Notes: generated from the sequence alone by a model not told the origin. 50,903 nucleotides of DNA from Saprospiraceae bacterium (GCA_046314415.1 JBKBWT010000001.1:1160-52062), one strand, 5' to 3'; numbered from the stretch's first letter, positions 36,378 through 45,010 are shown. A program made the numbers and translations.

Positions 36378-36818
36378 ATGCAGAATAATGAAGAAATGAA
36401 GGCGAGAATTGAGGCGCTGGAAGCAATTGTCGTGAAACAAAATGAGGAAAATAAAAGGCTTCGAGAGCAGTTAGACGCGGTACAATCTACCATGTCAAAT
36501 GAGGAATTTTTACTCAAAAGTCAGGCAGCAAAAGCGGCGGGTGAAATGCCTACATTCAAAGTTGAGGGCAAACTTTACTGTTTTACCGCTCCAGCTTTCA
36601 AACTGAATGGAATCAAGTACACAGCCTCCGAAGCGGTCAAGGATGTGCGATTGTTAAAGGAAATGATTGAAAAAGGGTACGGTGTCATTAAAGAAGTAGG
36701 GGAGCCGGAAAGCAAGAAAGATTACTCCGCTATTCCAATGATAAGCCGGGAACAAACATTCTTTTCCACACCTAGCCATTCCAGCGATAGCGGTATCCAA
36801 ATCACAGTAGTTGAGTAA
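36378..36818 (+). CDS. hypothetical protein (146 aa) with N-terminal coiled coil
   Basis: ATG start, with a heptad-like segment MKARIEALEAIVVKQNEENKRLREQL. Confidence 0.5.
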   Translation: MQNNEEMKARIEALEAIVVKQNEENKRLREQLDAVQSTMSNEEFLLKSQAAKAAGEMPTFKVEGKLYCFTAPAFKLNGIKYTASEAVKDVRLLKEMIEKGYGVIKEVGEPESKKDYSAIPMISREQTFFSTPSHSSDSGIQITVVE

Positions 36819-36846
36819 AATTTTCCAATTTCAAAAAAGCATTCTT

Positions 36847-37152
36847 ATGAATAAACAACAAGAAACTGACTGGAAACTCCGCTTTCATTACGGGGTAATT
36901 GATGAAGTCAAAGCCTTCTTTGGTTTGTCGGAAGACCTCACACCGGCGGAAGTTCATCACTTTATGATTGAACAGAATAAAGCCAAAGGAACAATGGTTC
37001 CCAGGGCATCCGCACCGGCAGCGCCGGTTACAAAAGTGACGACACCAGCGCCTAAAGTCGAGCCAAAAAAAGAGGAAATACCAGCAACACAAGCCTGGAG
37101 AATGTCAGCCTTTAACCAGCGACTTGAAAAGAAGTTTCGAGGGCAGAAGTAA
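36847..37152 (+). CDS. hypothetical protein (101 aa from ATG 36847; the track ORF starts at TTG 36811)
   Basis: The ORF has a Pro/Ala/Lys-rich linker. The ATG at 36847 avoids overlap with the preceding gene. Confidence 0.45.
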   Translation: MNKQQETDWKLRFHYGVIDEVKAFFGLSEDLTPAEVHHFMIEQNKAKGTMVPRASAPAAPVTKVTTPAPKVEPKKEEIPATQAWRMSAFNQRLEKKFRGQK

Positions 37153-37205
37153 ACATTCAGCAAAGGTTTTTTACATCGGTTACGTTTTTTTTATAAAGAA
37201 GATTG

Positions 37206-37233
37206 AGGCAGCCCAACGGGTTGCCTTTTTTTT
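37206..37233 (+). terminator. rho-independent terminator closing the island gene string
   Basis: GGCAGCCC aac GGGTTGCC forms an 8-bp stem and is followed by 8 Ts. Confidence 0.75.
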
Positions 37234-37273
37234 ATTTCTTTCTGCTAAAGATACTAACCAAAATACTAACGAG

Positions 37274-37320
37274 CGGAAAAGAAAAAGCCTAAAACATTGA
37301 CAAACAATGAATTAGGCTTT
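37274..37320 (-). terminator. terminator of the tRNA-Met gene (island-borne)
   Basis: On the minus strand, AAAGCCTAA ... TTAGGCTTT forms a 9-bp stem followed by TTCTTTTCC, directly downstream of the tRNA 3' end. Confidence 0.55.
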
Positions 37321-37328
37321 GTTTTTCG

Positions 37329-37401
<73 letters not shown>

Positions 37402-37613
37402 ATGTTAAACCACTCTCTCCAACAGGGTATTTTGCTTTTTAGTTCAAAAGAGTCCCCTGTTTTTTAAATGGTTTGCAAAGATAAGTACTTTTCTTAACTT
37501 TGTCAAGTCCTTCCTTAATTAAATATCGCCTAAGCTACCTTTTCGGGTGAAAATACCTGAAATTGCTAGATTTTTATTATCTTCCAACTCAAAGTTTACA
37601 CCTAAATTCCCTT

Positions 37614-40007
37614 ATGCGCTTCTATCTACTTAGCATTTTACTGTGCTTAGTCCATGGGCTGCACGCACAGGTAGTTTGTTCGCCAGAGCAAGCGGAGCTG
37701 GTTATTGAGATTATGACCGACCGCTACGGGTACGAAACTTCCTGGGAATTGACCGGGAGTTCCGGTACACGTTATAAATTTTTGCCGCCATTTAGTTATA
37801 AAAATCAGCGCTTACACCGCGATACGCTCTGCCTGCCAGCAAATGACTGCTTCGCTTTTACAATTTATGATGTATTTGGTGATGGCATTGATGCACCGGG
37901 TTATTATTTGGTGCGCTTAAATGGTGATACGCTCCAGCGAGGCGGCATTTTTTATAAAGAAGAATCTTTATATTTAAATTGCCCATCAGGAATGGTTTGT
38001 GCAGTAGCAACGTCCATCACGCCCGGCACTTACACCGCAGCTTTCGATGATACCTGGTACGAGTTTATCCCTGATACGTCAGGAATTTATCGGATCTCAA
38101 CCCGAAATTTAAATACCTGCGACACTAAAATCTGGGTATATACTACTTGTGATGGCATTACCATTGCCGAGGACAATCAAAGTACGGTTTTTTATAATGA
38201 CAATGCGACCGCGCAAACGCCACAGGCAGAAGTCCGTGGCTTTTTTACGGCGGGCAAAACGTATCGGATTCGCATGGGCGATCATAATAATGCCTGCCGC
38301 GATAGTATTCGCTGGAATTTGACTTTTGAAGGTCCGCTGCGCGGCTGCACCAATCCTAATGCTTGTAACTACAATCCATTGGCAACAATTAACGATGGCT
38401 CCTGTTTGCTGCCGGGCGACCGCCGTTGCCCGAAAGGTCCTGATTTGCTGATTCGTCAGGATACGTTGCTACAATCGATTCGCCTGGATACCATTCATTC
38501 CGAAGACCTCTGCCTGATTCAGGAAGGCTGTGTACGCGGCTATGGGGTACGTAATGTTTTACGCTTTACAACACAAATACATAATATTGGCGAACGCGAT
38601 TATTATATTGGTAAACCAAATTATAATAACAATCAATTTACCTGGAATAATTGTCATAATCACTTTCATTATGATAATTATGCCGAATATTTAGTCATCG
38701 ACGAATCTGGTAAAAAAATGCCCATTGGCTTCAAAAGTGGCTTATGTATTACTGATTTTGGTTGCGAGCCTGGCTATAATCCAAAGTACAGTTGTGATAA
38801 TATGGGCATCAGCGCACATTGCTTTGATGCGTACTGGTCGGCGCTCAAGTGCCAATGGATTGACATAACTGATTTACCTGATGGGAGATACACATTAGTA
38901 GTACGCATCAATTGGAAAAATAGTCCCGATGCGTTAGGGCAAGTGGAAAAAGATTTGGATAATAATATCGCCCAGGTCTGTATTCGCTTAGACCGGAGTT
39001 CAGGCACCTTGAAATGCACCGTCGAGCAACCCTGTGATCCTTACCTCGATTGCGCGGGTATTCCTTTCGGCGAAACACAGCCCGATTGCCTGGGCATTTG
39101 CGGGGGTAAACGTTTATCGGGCGACGCGAATGAAAATGGACTACAGGAAATCGCCGACGCCGAGCAATACATCACGCTGCTGCTCGGTAATGACATCGAA
39201 CCCAATGCTTGTAATGATTTGAATGGTGATAGCGTCATCACGGTACAAGATGCAGTGCTGCTGGCTAGTTGCCTCAATTTTGGCGCGGCGCATCCACACG
39301 AAGGTGCCGGAATACACAATCACTGTCAGTTTCCCGTTGCCAATTTATTTAATACAAAAGATACTGTTACACTTGGCATTATGGGCGTAAACTGGGAGGA
39401 GCGTTACGTAGATATTGGGATTTTAAATCATACAACCAATATTACAGCCTATCAGTTTCGCCTTACGGGTGGCAGCATTAGCCACGTAGAAAGTCTGGTC
39501 GATGCTGCCACTTATCCGGTTACGCTGCGCACAAATATGAGCGAAGGTATGGTGATTGGCTTGTCCTATCGGGATTCGGTCATTCACAAATCAGAATTAA
39601 TGCAGCCGCTTTGTAGAATACATTTTTTTAATTTAAATCTATACACTATTGTAATTCAGGATATTATCTCAATTGTAAATAACAATTATGAACGCGTAGC
39701 CAATGCAATTATAAATGGCATTGCCGTAAAATCCACCACAACTCACATTAACAATATAAACAATATTATACAAGTACAAGTACGTCCAAATCCAATACAT
39801 GACGAAGCGCAGTTTGCTTTTTATAGCATTCAAAATCAGTATTTTACATTAGAAATTGTTGACTTAAACGGAAAGATCGTTCGACAATATGTCAACCTGC
39901 GTCCACCTGGTATCCGCATCAAGCGGGATGATCTGCCCGCCGGTATTTATTTTTATAAACTCATTGGGGAACGCAGCTATACTGCCGGTAAGTTTATTAT
40001 TCAATGA
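37614..40007 (+). CDS. secreted multidomain protein: lysyl-oxidase-like catalytic domain + dockerin + T9SS type A C-terminal sorting domain
   Basis: The track ORF starts at TTG 37563. The ATG at 37614 gives the signal peptide MRFYLLSILLCLVHGLHAQ. The LOX motifs CHNHFHY, KSGLCITD and CQWIDITD are present. Dockerin loops are DANENGLQEIAD and DLNGDSVITVQD. The C-terminus is ...RPNPIHDEAQFAF...LEIVDLNGKIV...LPAGIYFYKLIGE...GKFIIQ (Por secretion tail type). Confidence 0.85.
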   Translation: MRFYLLSILLCLVHGLHAQVVCSPEQAELVIEIMTDRYGYETSWELTGSSGTRYKFLPPFSYKNQRLHRDTLCLPANDCFAFTIYDVFGDGIDAPGYYLVRLNGDTLQRGGIFYKEESLYLNCPSGMVCAVATSITPGTYTAAFDDTWYEFIPDTSGIYRISTRNLNTCDTKIWVYTTCDGITIAEDNQSTVFYNDNATAQTPQAEVRGFFTAGKTYRIRMGDHNNACRDSIRWNLTFEGPLRGCTNPNACNYNPLATINDGSCLLPGDRRCPKGPDLLIRQDTLLQSIRLDTIHSEDLCLIQEGCVRGYGVRNVLRFTTQIHNIGERDYYIGKPNYNNNQFTWNNCHNHFHYDNYAEYLVIDESGKKMPIGFKSGLCITDFGCEPGYNPKYSCDNMGISAHCFDAYWSALKCQWIDITDLPDGRYTLVVRINWKNSPDALGQVEKDLDNNIAQVCIRLDRSSGTLKCTVEQPCDPYLDCAGIPFGETQPDCLGICGGKRLSGDANENGLQEIADAEQYITLLLGNDIEPNACNDLNGDSVITVQDAVLLASCLNFGAAHPHEGAGIHNHCQFPVANLFNTKDTVTLGIMGVNWEERYVDIGILNHTTNITAYQFRLTGGSISHVESLVDAATYPVTLRTNMSEGMVIGLSYRDSVIHKSELMQPLCRIHFFNLNLYTIVIQDIISIVNNNYERVANAIINGIAVKSTTTHINNINNIIQVQVRPNPIHDEAQFAFYSIQNQYFTLEIVDLNGKIVRQYVNLRPPGIRIKRDDLPAGIYFYKLIGERSYTAGKFIIQ

Positions 40008-40162
40008 AAGTAAAAGAGGATTTTCACCCAAACACTAAAACACCAAAACACTATAAAACAAAAACACCATAACCCCAAAAACTTCCGTCCACCCCTTTTA
40101 TTTTACAAAAACGCCAACCGAAATGCCGGTTTCGTTGTATTTTCGGTAGCAAATCGAGTATA

Positions 40163-40250
40163 AAATGAGAAATGAGAAATGAGAAATATGAAATGCGCTA
40201 CCTCATGTAATTTTTTTCACATTCCACATTTCATATCTCTCATTTCAAAT
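40163..40250. repeat. long imperfect inverted repeat built from GAGAAAT/GAAATG words (3 x 7-bp tandem in the left arm)
   Basis: The left arm atgagaaatgagaaatgagaaatatgaaatg pairs with the right arm cacatttcatatctctcatttcaaat. It lies between the LOX-like gene and the thiolase gene. Confidence 0.75.
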
Positions 40251-40252
40251 TT

Positions 40253-40260
40253 TAGATTTG
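40253..40260 (+). promoter_or_regulatory. candidate -7 box TAGATTTG (TAnnTTTG) upstream of the thiolase gene
   Basis: Exact consensus match 39 nt upstream of the ATG at 40299. Confidence 0.3.
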
Positions 40261-40298
40261 GCTCAAATCGTTTAAAAAACCAATAAAATCAAGTTTTA

Positions 40299-41480
40299 AT
40301 GAAAGAAGTATTCATTGTTTCCGCAGTTCGTACACCGCTGGGCAGTTTCGGCGGTATGCTGGCAGGCTTATCAGCCGTACAATTGGGCAGCATTGCCATC
40401 AAAGGCGCTTTAGAAAAAGCCGGGGTTGATCCGAAAGAAGTGGAAGAAGTCTATTTTGGCAATGTTTGCTCGGCTAATTTGGGTCAAGCCCCTGCCCGGC
40501 AGGCAGCCATCGGCGCAGGCTTGGGATATAATATTCCTTGCACTACTATTAATAAAGTGTGCGCTTCCGGCATGAAAAGTATCATGTTTGGGGCTCAAAG
40601 TATCATGTTAGGTCAGGCGGATATCATAGTGACCGGCGGAATGGAAAGTATGAGTAATGTGCCTTATTATGTACCCAATGCCCGCTGGGGTTATAAATAT
40701 GGCAAAGCCGAATTCATTGATGGCTTGGAAAAAGACGGTTTGCTGGATGCCTACGACCAGGTCTCGATGGGTATTTGCTCCGACAATACAGCTAAAAAAT
40801 ACGAGTTATCGCGCGAAGCACAGGATAATTTTGCAACCCGCTCTTTCAAATTAGCAGCAGAAAACACCAATAATAAAGTTTTTCAGGAAGAAATTATTCC
40901 CGTCAGCGTACCGCAACGCAAAGGCGACCCGATACAACTTACTGAGGATGAACAATATAAGAAGGTAGATTTTGCTAAAATCCCGACACTGCGTCCGGCT
41001 TTCACCAAAGATGGTACGGCTACAGCCGCCAATTCCTCGCCCATTAGCGATGGTGCTTCGGCGGTGATTCTGGTCAGTGCAGAAAAAGTAAAGGAACTCG
41101 GTTTAACGCCCATTGCTAAAATCATTGCGTTTGCCGATGCCGAGCAGGAGCCGATGTGGTTCACCACCACGCCTACCCTGGCTGCACCTAAAGCCTTGAA
41201 ACGCGCTGGAATGGATATTAAAAATATTGATTATTTTGAAGTGAATGAAGCGTTTTCGACCGTGCCCATGGCATTCGAGCAAATTCTGGGCGTGGACGAG
41301 GATAAAATGAATGTACATGGCGGCGCACTGGCGCTGGGACATCCGCTGGGCGCATCGGGTGCAAGGATTATTACAACATTAAATAATGTTTTAAAGCAAA
41401 AAAATGCCAGTGTCGGATTAGCAGCCATTTGCAATGGTGGCGGCGGCGCTTCGGCGATGATTATTGAGCGGGTGAATTGA
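40299..41480 (+). CDS. acetyl-CoA C-acetyltransferase (thiolase II)
   Basis: 393-aa ORF. The active-site regions NKVCASGMKS (Cys), NVHGGALALGHPLGASGARI (His) and ICNGGGGASAMIIE (Cys) are present. Confidence 0.93.
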   Translation: MKEVFIVSAVRTPLGSFGGMLAGLSAVQLGSIAIKGALEKAGVDPKEVEEVYFGNVCSANLGQAPARQAAIGAGLGYNIPCTTINKVCASGMKSIMFGAQSIMLGQADIIVTGGMESMSNVPYYVPNARWGYKYGKAEFIDGLEKDGLLDAYDQVSMGICSDNTAKKYELSREAQDNFATRSFKLAAENTNNKVFQEEIIPVSVPQRKGDPIQLTEDEQYKKVDFAKIPTLRPAFTKDGTATAANSSPISDGASAVILVSAEKVKELGLTPIAKIIAFADAEQEPMWFTTTPTLAAPKALKRAGMDIKNIDYFEVNEAFSTVPMAFEQILGVDEDKMNVHGGALALGHPLGASGARIITTLNNVLKQKNASVGLAAICNGGGGASAMIIERVN

Positions 41481-41541
41481 GTTATGATATCTTGATATTA
41501 AAATATTAAATCGAGTAACTCACTTTGAGCGAGTTACTCGG

Positions 41542-42189
41542 TTACTTATTCACTCTATAATCCTCTAAAATAGCTTCTACTTTTTGAATAATGGATTCCG
41601 AAATTCGATTCTCAGCACCACCGGCTCGAATGGCTCCAATAATTCTATTTTCCTTGTCCGTTATCAAGGTGAAGGGATAACCCCACATCAGATGAAATTG
41701 ATTTTCAGTAACATCGGTACCATTGGGAAGAATGGTAAAATGAAAGGGATGTTCTTTTAAAAACTCCTGCAACTGCTCCGGTTGATCTCTGACAATCGCC
41801 AGAAAATTAATGTCCGAACGATTATATTTTTGCACTAACGTATTTAAATCAGGAATTTCCTCCACACAAGGCGCGCAATGAATAAACCAGAAGTTAATAA
41901 TATTTATTTTTCCTTTAATATTATTGGTGTTAATCGTATTGCCATTCATATCCGTCAATTCAAATTCGGGGAGCTTAGCGCCGAGTAAACACGCCGGTTT
42001 CACTATATGAGGTCTTCCTTTTTGACCAGTCTCTACTACTTCAAACTCTAATCCCAAATCCTCCGAATTTTTCAGACAATTGGCAACCCGCACGGCATAG
42101 GTTTCTTCGGAGACTTTGCAAGCAGGGGTAAGTAATAAAGAATGAATAATTAAAATAAAGAAAATTATTTTTCTAGATAAGTAATTCAT
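41542..42189 (-). CDS. TlpA/redoxin-family thiol:disulfide oxidoreductase, lipoprotein-type signal
   Basis: 215-aa ORF with a signal peptide ending LLTPAC. It has a thioredoxin-fold motif NFWFIHCAPCVEEIP (CxxC). Confidence 0.8.
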   Translation of the reverse strand: MNYLSRKIIFFILIIHSLLLTPACKVSEETYAVRVANCLKNSEDLGLEFEVVETGQKGRPHIVKPACLLGAKLPEFELTDMNGNTINTNNIKGKINIINFWFIHCAPCVEEIPDLNTLVQKYNRSDINFLAIVRDQPEQLQEFLKEHPFHFTILPNGTDVTENQFHLMWGYPFTLITDKENRIIGAIRAGGAENRISESIIQKVEAILEDYRVNK

Positions 42190-42334
42190 TTTGAACCTGA
42201 TTTTGATAGAACATCTAGTGAGATTGTTTAATCCTATTTTTCAAATCTTGAGTTCTTCTGTTATATACTTCCAGCTGACCTTCAGATAGATGTACCTCCA
42301 TGATTTTGAGATGCTTTTCCCGAATTTGCACATT

Positions 42335-43051
42335 CTACTGATGTTGGAGTACAAACCAGATGGTATTGGACAAATCGTACCCAACTTCCTGAACGCCTGG
42401 GTATCCATAATGAGTGAGAATGGAATCCGCCTTAATTAAATTCAAGGAATCCAATTCCTTTTGCAATTTCCACAAGGCACTTTTCTCCGCTTCTGGAATT
42501 TGAATTCTATCATCTGCCAATTTTTTTCGATATTTCTGATCATTCTCCTGCATTTCCTGTAAAAGCGAGATCAAAGCAGGCTTCATTCTGGCGGAATCCA
42601 ATGAAGGTCTGCTATTTATATATGCGTCTTCTTCCCTCAGTTGGCGCTCGTCGTATTCCTGATAAGCATTTTCACCCAGCTTTTGCAAACACAAATCAAA
42701 GACTTCATAAAACTGCGCAGTATCCGCTTTATAAAGATTTTTATAAAAACCATAATGAACAGCAAGTCGATTCATTTCAAAAATGGATTCGCAAAGCCCG
42801 GTATTTTCTTTTACTGCTTTCTTTAAGTGTTTGTAAATCAAATGGTTCGGCGCTTTCAAGTTCGCCAGTTGAAATGCAATAGAATAGTAATTATCTGCTT
42901 CATAAGCAAGCATGAGTTTACTGCGAAAATCCTCGTAAGCTGCTACAGTAAGGCTTTCCGGGCGTTCGGTGATGAAAGACTTGTTGCACTGGATAAAAAT
43001 CAAAGCAATAAATAAGTATAAAAAGAAAATCTTTACATATGTTTTATTCAT
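42335..43051 (-). CDS. hypothetical secreted protein (possibly truncated by an in-frame TAG, see findings)
   Basis: 238-aa ORF with an N-terminal hydrophobic signal. I cannot assign a family with confidence. Confidence 0.55.
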   Translation of the reverse strand: MNKTYVKIFFLYLFIALIFIQCNKSFITERPESLTVAAYEDFRSKLMLAYEADNYYSIAFQLANLKAPNHLIYKHLKKAVKENTGLCESIFEMNRLAVHYGFYKNLYKADTAQFYEVFDLCLQKLGENAYQEYDERQLREEDAYINSRPSLDSARMKPALISLLQEMQENDQKYRKKLADDRIQIPEAEKSALWKLQKELDSLNLIKADSILTHYGYPGVQEVGYDLSNTIWFVLQHQ

Positions 43052-43254
43052 AAACAGGTGATTATTACGTCAGCGTTTTAAGATTCGCCAGAAAATCTTA
43101 TGAGTATATTTATTTACATTAAGCTTGGAATAAAATTGGCAAGTGTTTCAGTTGGATATTACAAATAAAGTGATTTTTTTATAATACTACAAGTAGGTAA
43201 ATGTATTTTGTTAATATTTAACATTATATGCTGTGATTATTTACATTTTTTGGC

Positions 43255-43291
43255 AAAAAAAAGTCCCCCTCCTGTCTGCTAGGAGAGAGAC
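43255..43291 (-). terminator. strand-specific rho-independent terminator with no annotated upstream ORF
   Basis: On the minus strand, GTCTCTCTCCT agcagac AGGAGGGGGAC forms an 11-bp stem (2 G-U pairs that would be C-A on the plus strand). Eight Ts follow. Confidence 0.6.
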
Positions 43292-43857
43292 CATCCCAAA
43301 AACCGATTTAAGTATATACTAAAAACGGCTTTTGTGAATCACATACAATCCAATCGCCTTAACTAAAAATCTTTACATACATTGCATACAGTTATGTAAT
43401 AACTGTCGATGTATTTTATATTTTGCTAACTTATGAATCCGGGAAAAGAAAGAAGCGGAGCAAATCGTAATGCACAGAGCTACGTCATTGAGGACGCGGA
43501 GGCGGTCTCCTGGATTTTCACGGATTATAAGTTGTTATATTCAACGGTTATTGTTGACGCACTAAATATTTTAGCCGCTTGTCGTTGATAGCCTTTCTCA
43601 ATTTTCGCTCTTGATTACAAATGTTAATCCACGTTGCCGGAACGGCAGTTCTGAAGTAAACCAATTTAATTAGGATGAAAAAGTGCTACTGGATAGGTAG
43701 CATAAGAGTGGTATGTAGCTTCAAAATGCAACTTGCTCATGGATTATAATTTGTAACTAATTTGTTGAGTACAAAAATACAGGAAAAGCCGGTGTTTCGA
43801 TATACCCTAAATAAGGTATTTTTATAATAAATCTTCCCTTATTCACAAGGTACCCCG

Positions 43858-43896
43858 GTAAAAAAAAGAGCCTCTCGCACCGTCGTGGAGAGGCTA
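43858..43896 (-). terminator. rho-independent terminator of the T9SS cargo / PorP operon
   Basis: On the minus strand, AGCCTCTC ... GAGAGGCT forms an 8-bp stem followed by CTTTTTTTT, about 80 nt after the PorP/SprF stop. Confidence 0.65.
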
Positions 43897-43972
43897 CCCC
43901 AAAAAACCAATTGTTAAAGGACATCTAAATCTTTATACCTATTTGCTTTTTATTTAGCAACGTGTATTATTC

Positions 43973-44890
43973 TTACTGATTCGCACGCTGGTTTGTTGGA
44001 TTCTTTTTAACTAAATTAAATAACAAACTGATTTCGTGCGAGCCACTATTAAATTTCTGGAAACGCTGGAACGACATATCATAAGAATACAATACATTGA
44101 AATTAGAGATTTTTGCGCCCAGCAAAATGCCCAATGCCCCCAAGGAGCGGTACGATACACCGGTAATTAGCTGATCTTCCAGGAAAGTAGCCTTCAGGTT
44201 GATGTCCACCTGCGCCGGGGCATCTTTTACGCGCCGGGCCATAATGGAAGGTTCCAGCGAAAAATTCAAATCATAAATATCAAAGCGATGTGCCAGAAAC
44301 AAGGTATAATGTTGTAAGGCAGATTCATCGGTGCTTTCTACTACATCATCCAGGCGGCTTTGAATCAAATTGGCAAAGGACAAACCGAAGCGGGTATTGT
44401 CGCGAATACTACCAAACACACCGATAGAAGCATCAAATTCATTGACACCATTCATGTAATCGTTAATCACATTATCCCCCTCATCCACTCTGCCAAAATC
44501 AGCATTATTATCGAGTCTTAATTGTTGATAGAATGCGGAGAAACCAGCCGACATTTTCACGTATTCACTCAAATTAAAGCGGAAAGCCCAGTTGAGTTGC
44601 CCTTTGAGGCGAGTAAGTTGCGCAGCGGTTTCAGCGGAAACACCTACCCCTATACCAAAATTCTTACCGACCGGGCTATTGAGCATGGCACTAACCGTCT
44701 GTGGAGCATCCGCAAAACCAGTCCACTGCGCGCGCCCGTTCATTTGTAACTGAAAAGTGTTGTTAAAGCCAGCGGCTGCCGGGTTGATGAGAATTGGAGT
44801 AATATGATAATGCGTGAAAATGGCTTCATCTTGTGCCCGTACCACTTGCCAGACAGCGAAAAAAGATATGAGTAGAAGTAATTTTTTCAT
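43973..44890 (-). CDS. type IX secretion system membrane protein, PorP/SprF family
   Basis: 305-aa ORF with a signal peptide, then QDEAIFTHYHITPILINPAAAGF..., the characteristic PorP/SprF N-terminus, and beta-barrel-like composition. It lies immediately downstream of a type B CTD gene. Confidence 0.88.
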   Translation of the reverse strand: MKKLLLLISFFAVWQVVRAQDEAIFTHYHITPILINPAAAGFNNTFQLQMNGRAQWTGFADAPQTVSAMLNSPVGKNFGIGVGVSAETAAQLTRLKGQLNWAFRFNLSEYVKMSAGFSAFYQQLRLDNNADFGRVDEGDNVINDYMNGVNEFDASIGVFGSIRDNTRFGLSFANLIQSRLDDVVESTDESALQHYTLFLAHRFDIYDLNFSLEPSIMARRVKDAPAQVDINLKATFLEDQLITGVSYRSLGALGILLGAKISNFNVLYSYDMSFQRFQKFNSGSHEISLLFNLVKKNPTNQRANQ

Positions 44891-45010
44891 GATTAAAATC
44901 GGTTGATGGATGATGTAATAAAAAGTTGATGGTTACAGGGTTATCGGCTAACCGGGTAATTGGGTATTGGTTTTATTCCCAATTACCCGATTGCCCTGTA
45001 TCATTTAGTT

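Noticed and set aside
37563-37613. TTG-initiated 17-codon extension of the LOX-like ORF
   Set aside because: The internal ATG at 37614 yields a canonical signal peptide (MRFYLLSILLCLVHGLHAQ). The extension would bury it.
43433-43594. 53-codon plus-strand ORF (MNPGKERSGANRNAQSYVIEDAEAVSWIFTDYKLLYSTVIVDALNILAACR) as an ECF sigma-factor fragment
   Set aside because: The resemblance to the region-2 start of sigma-70 family proteins is too vague to call by eye. I kept it only as part of the orphan-region finding.
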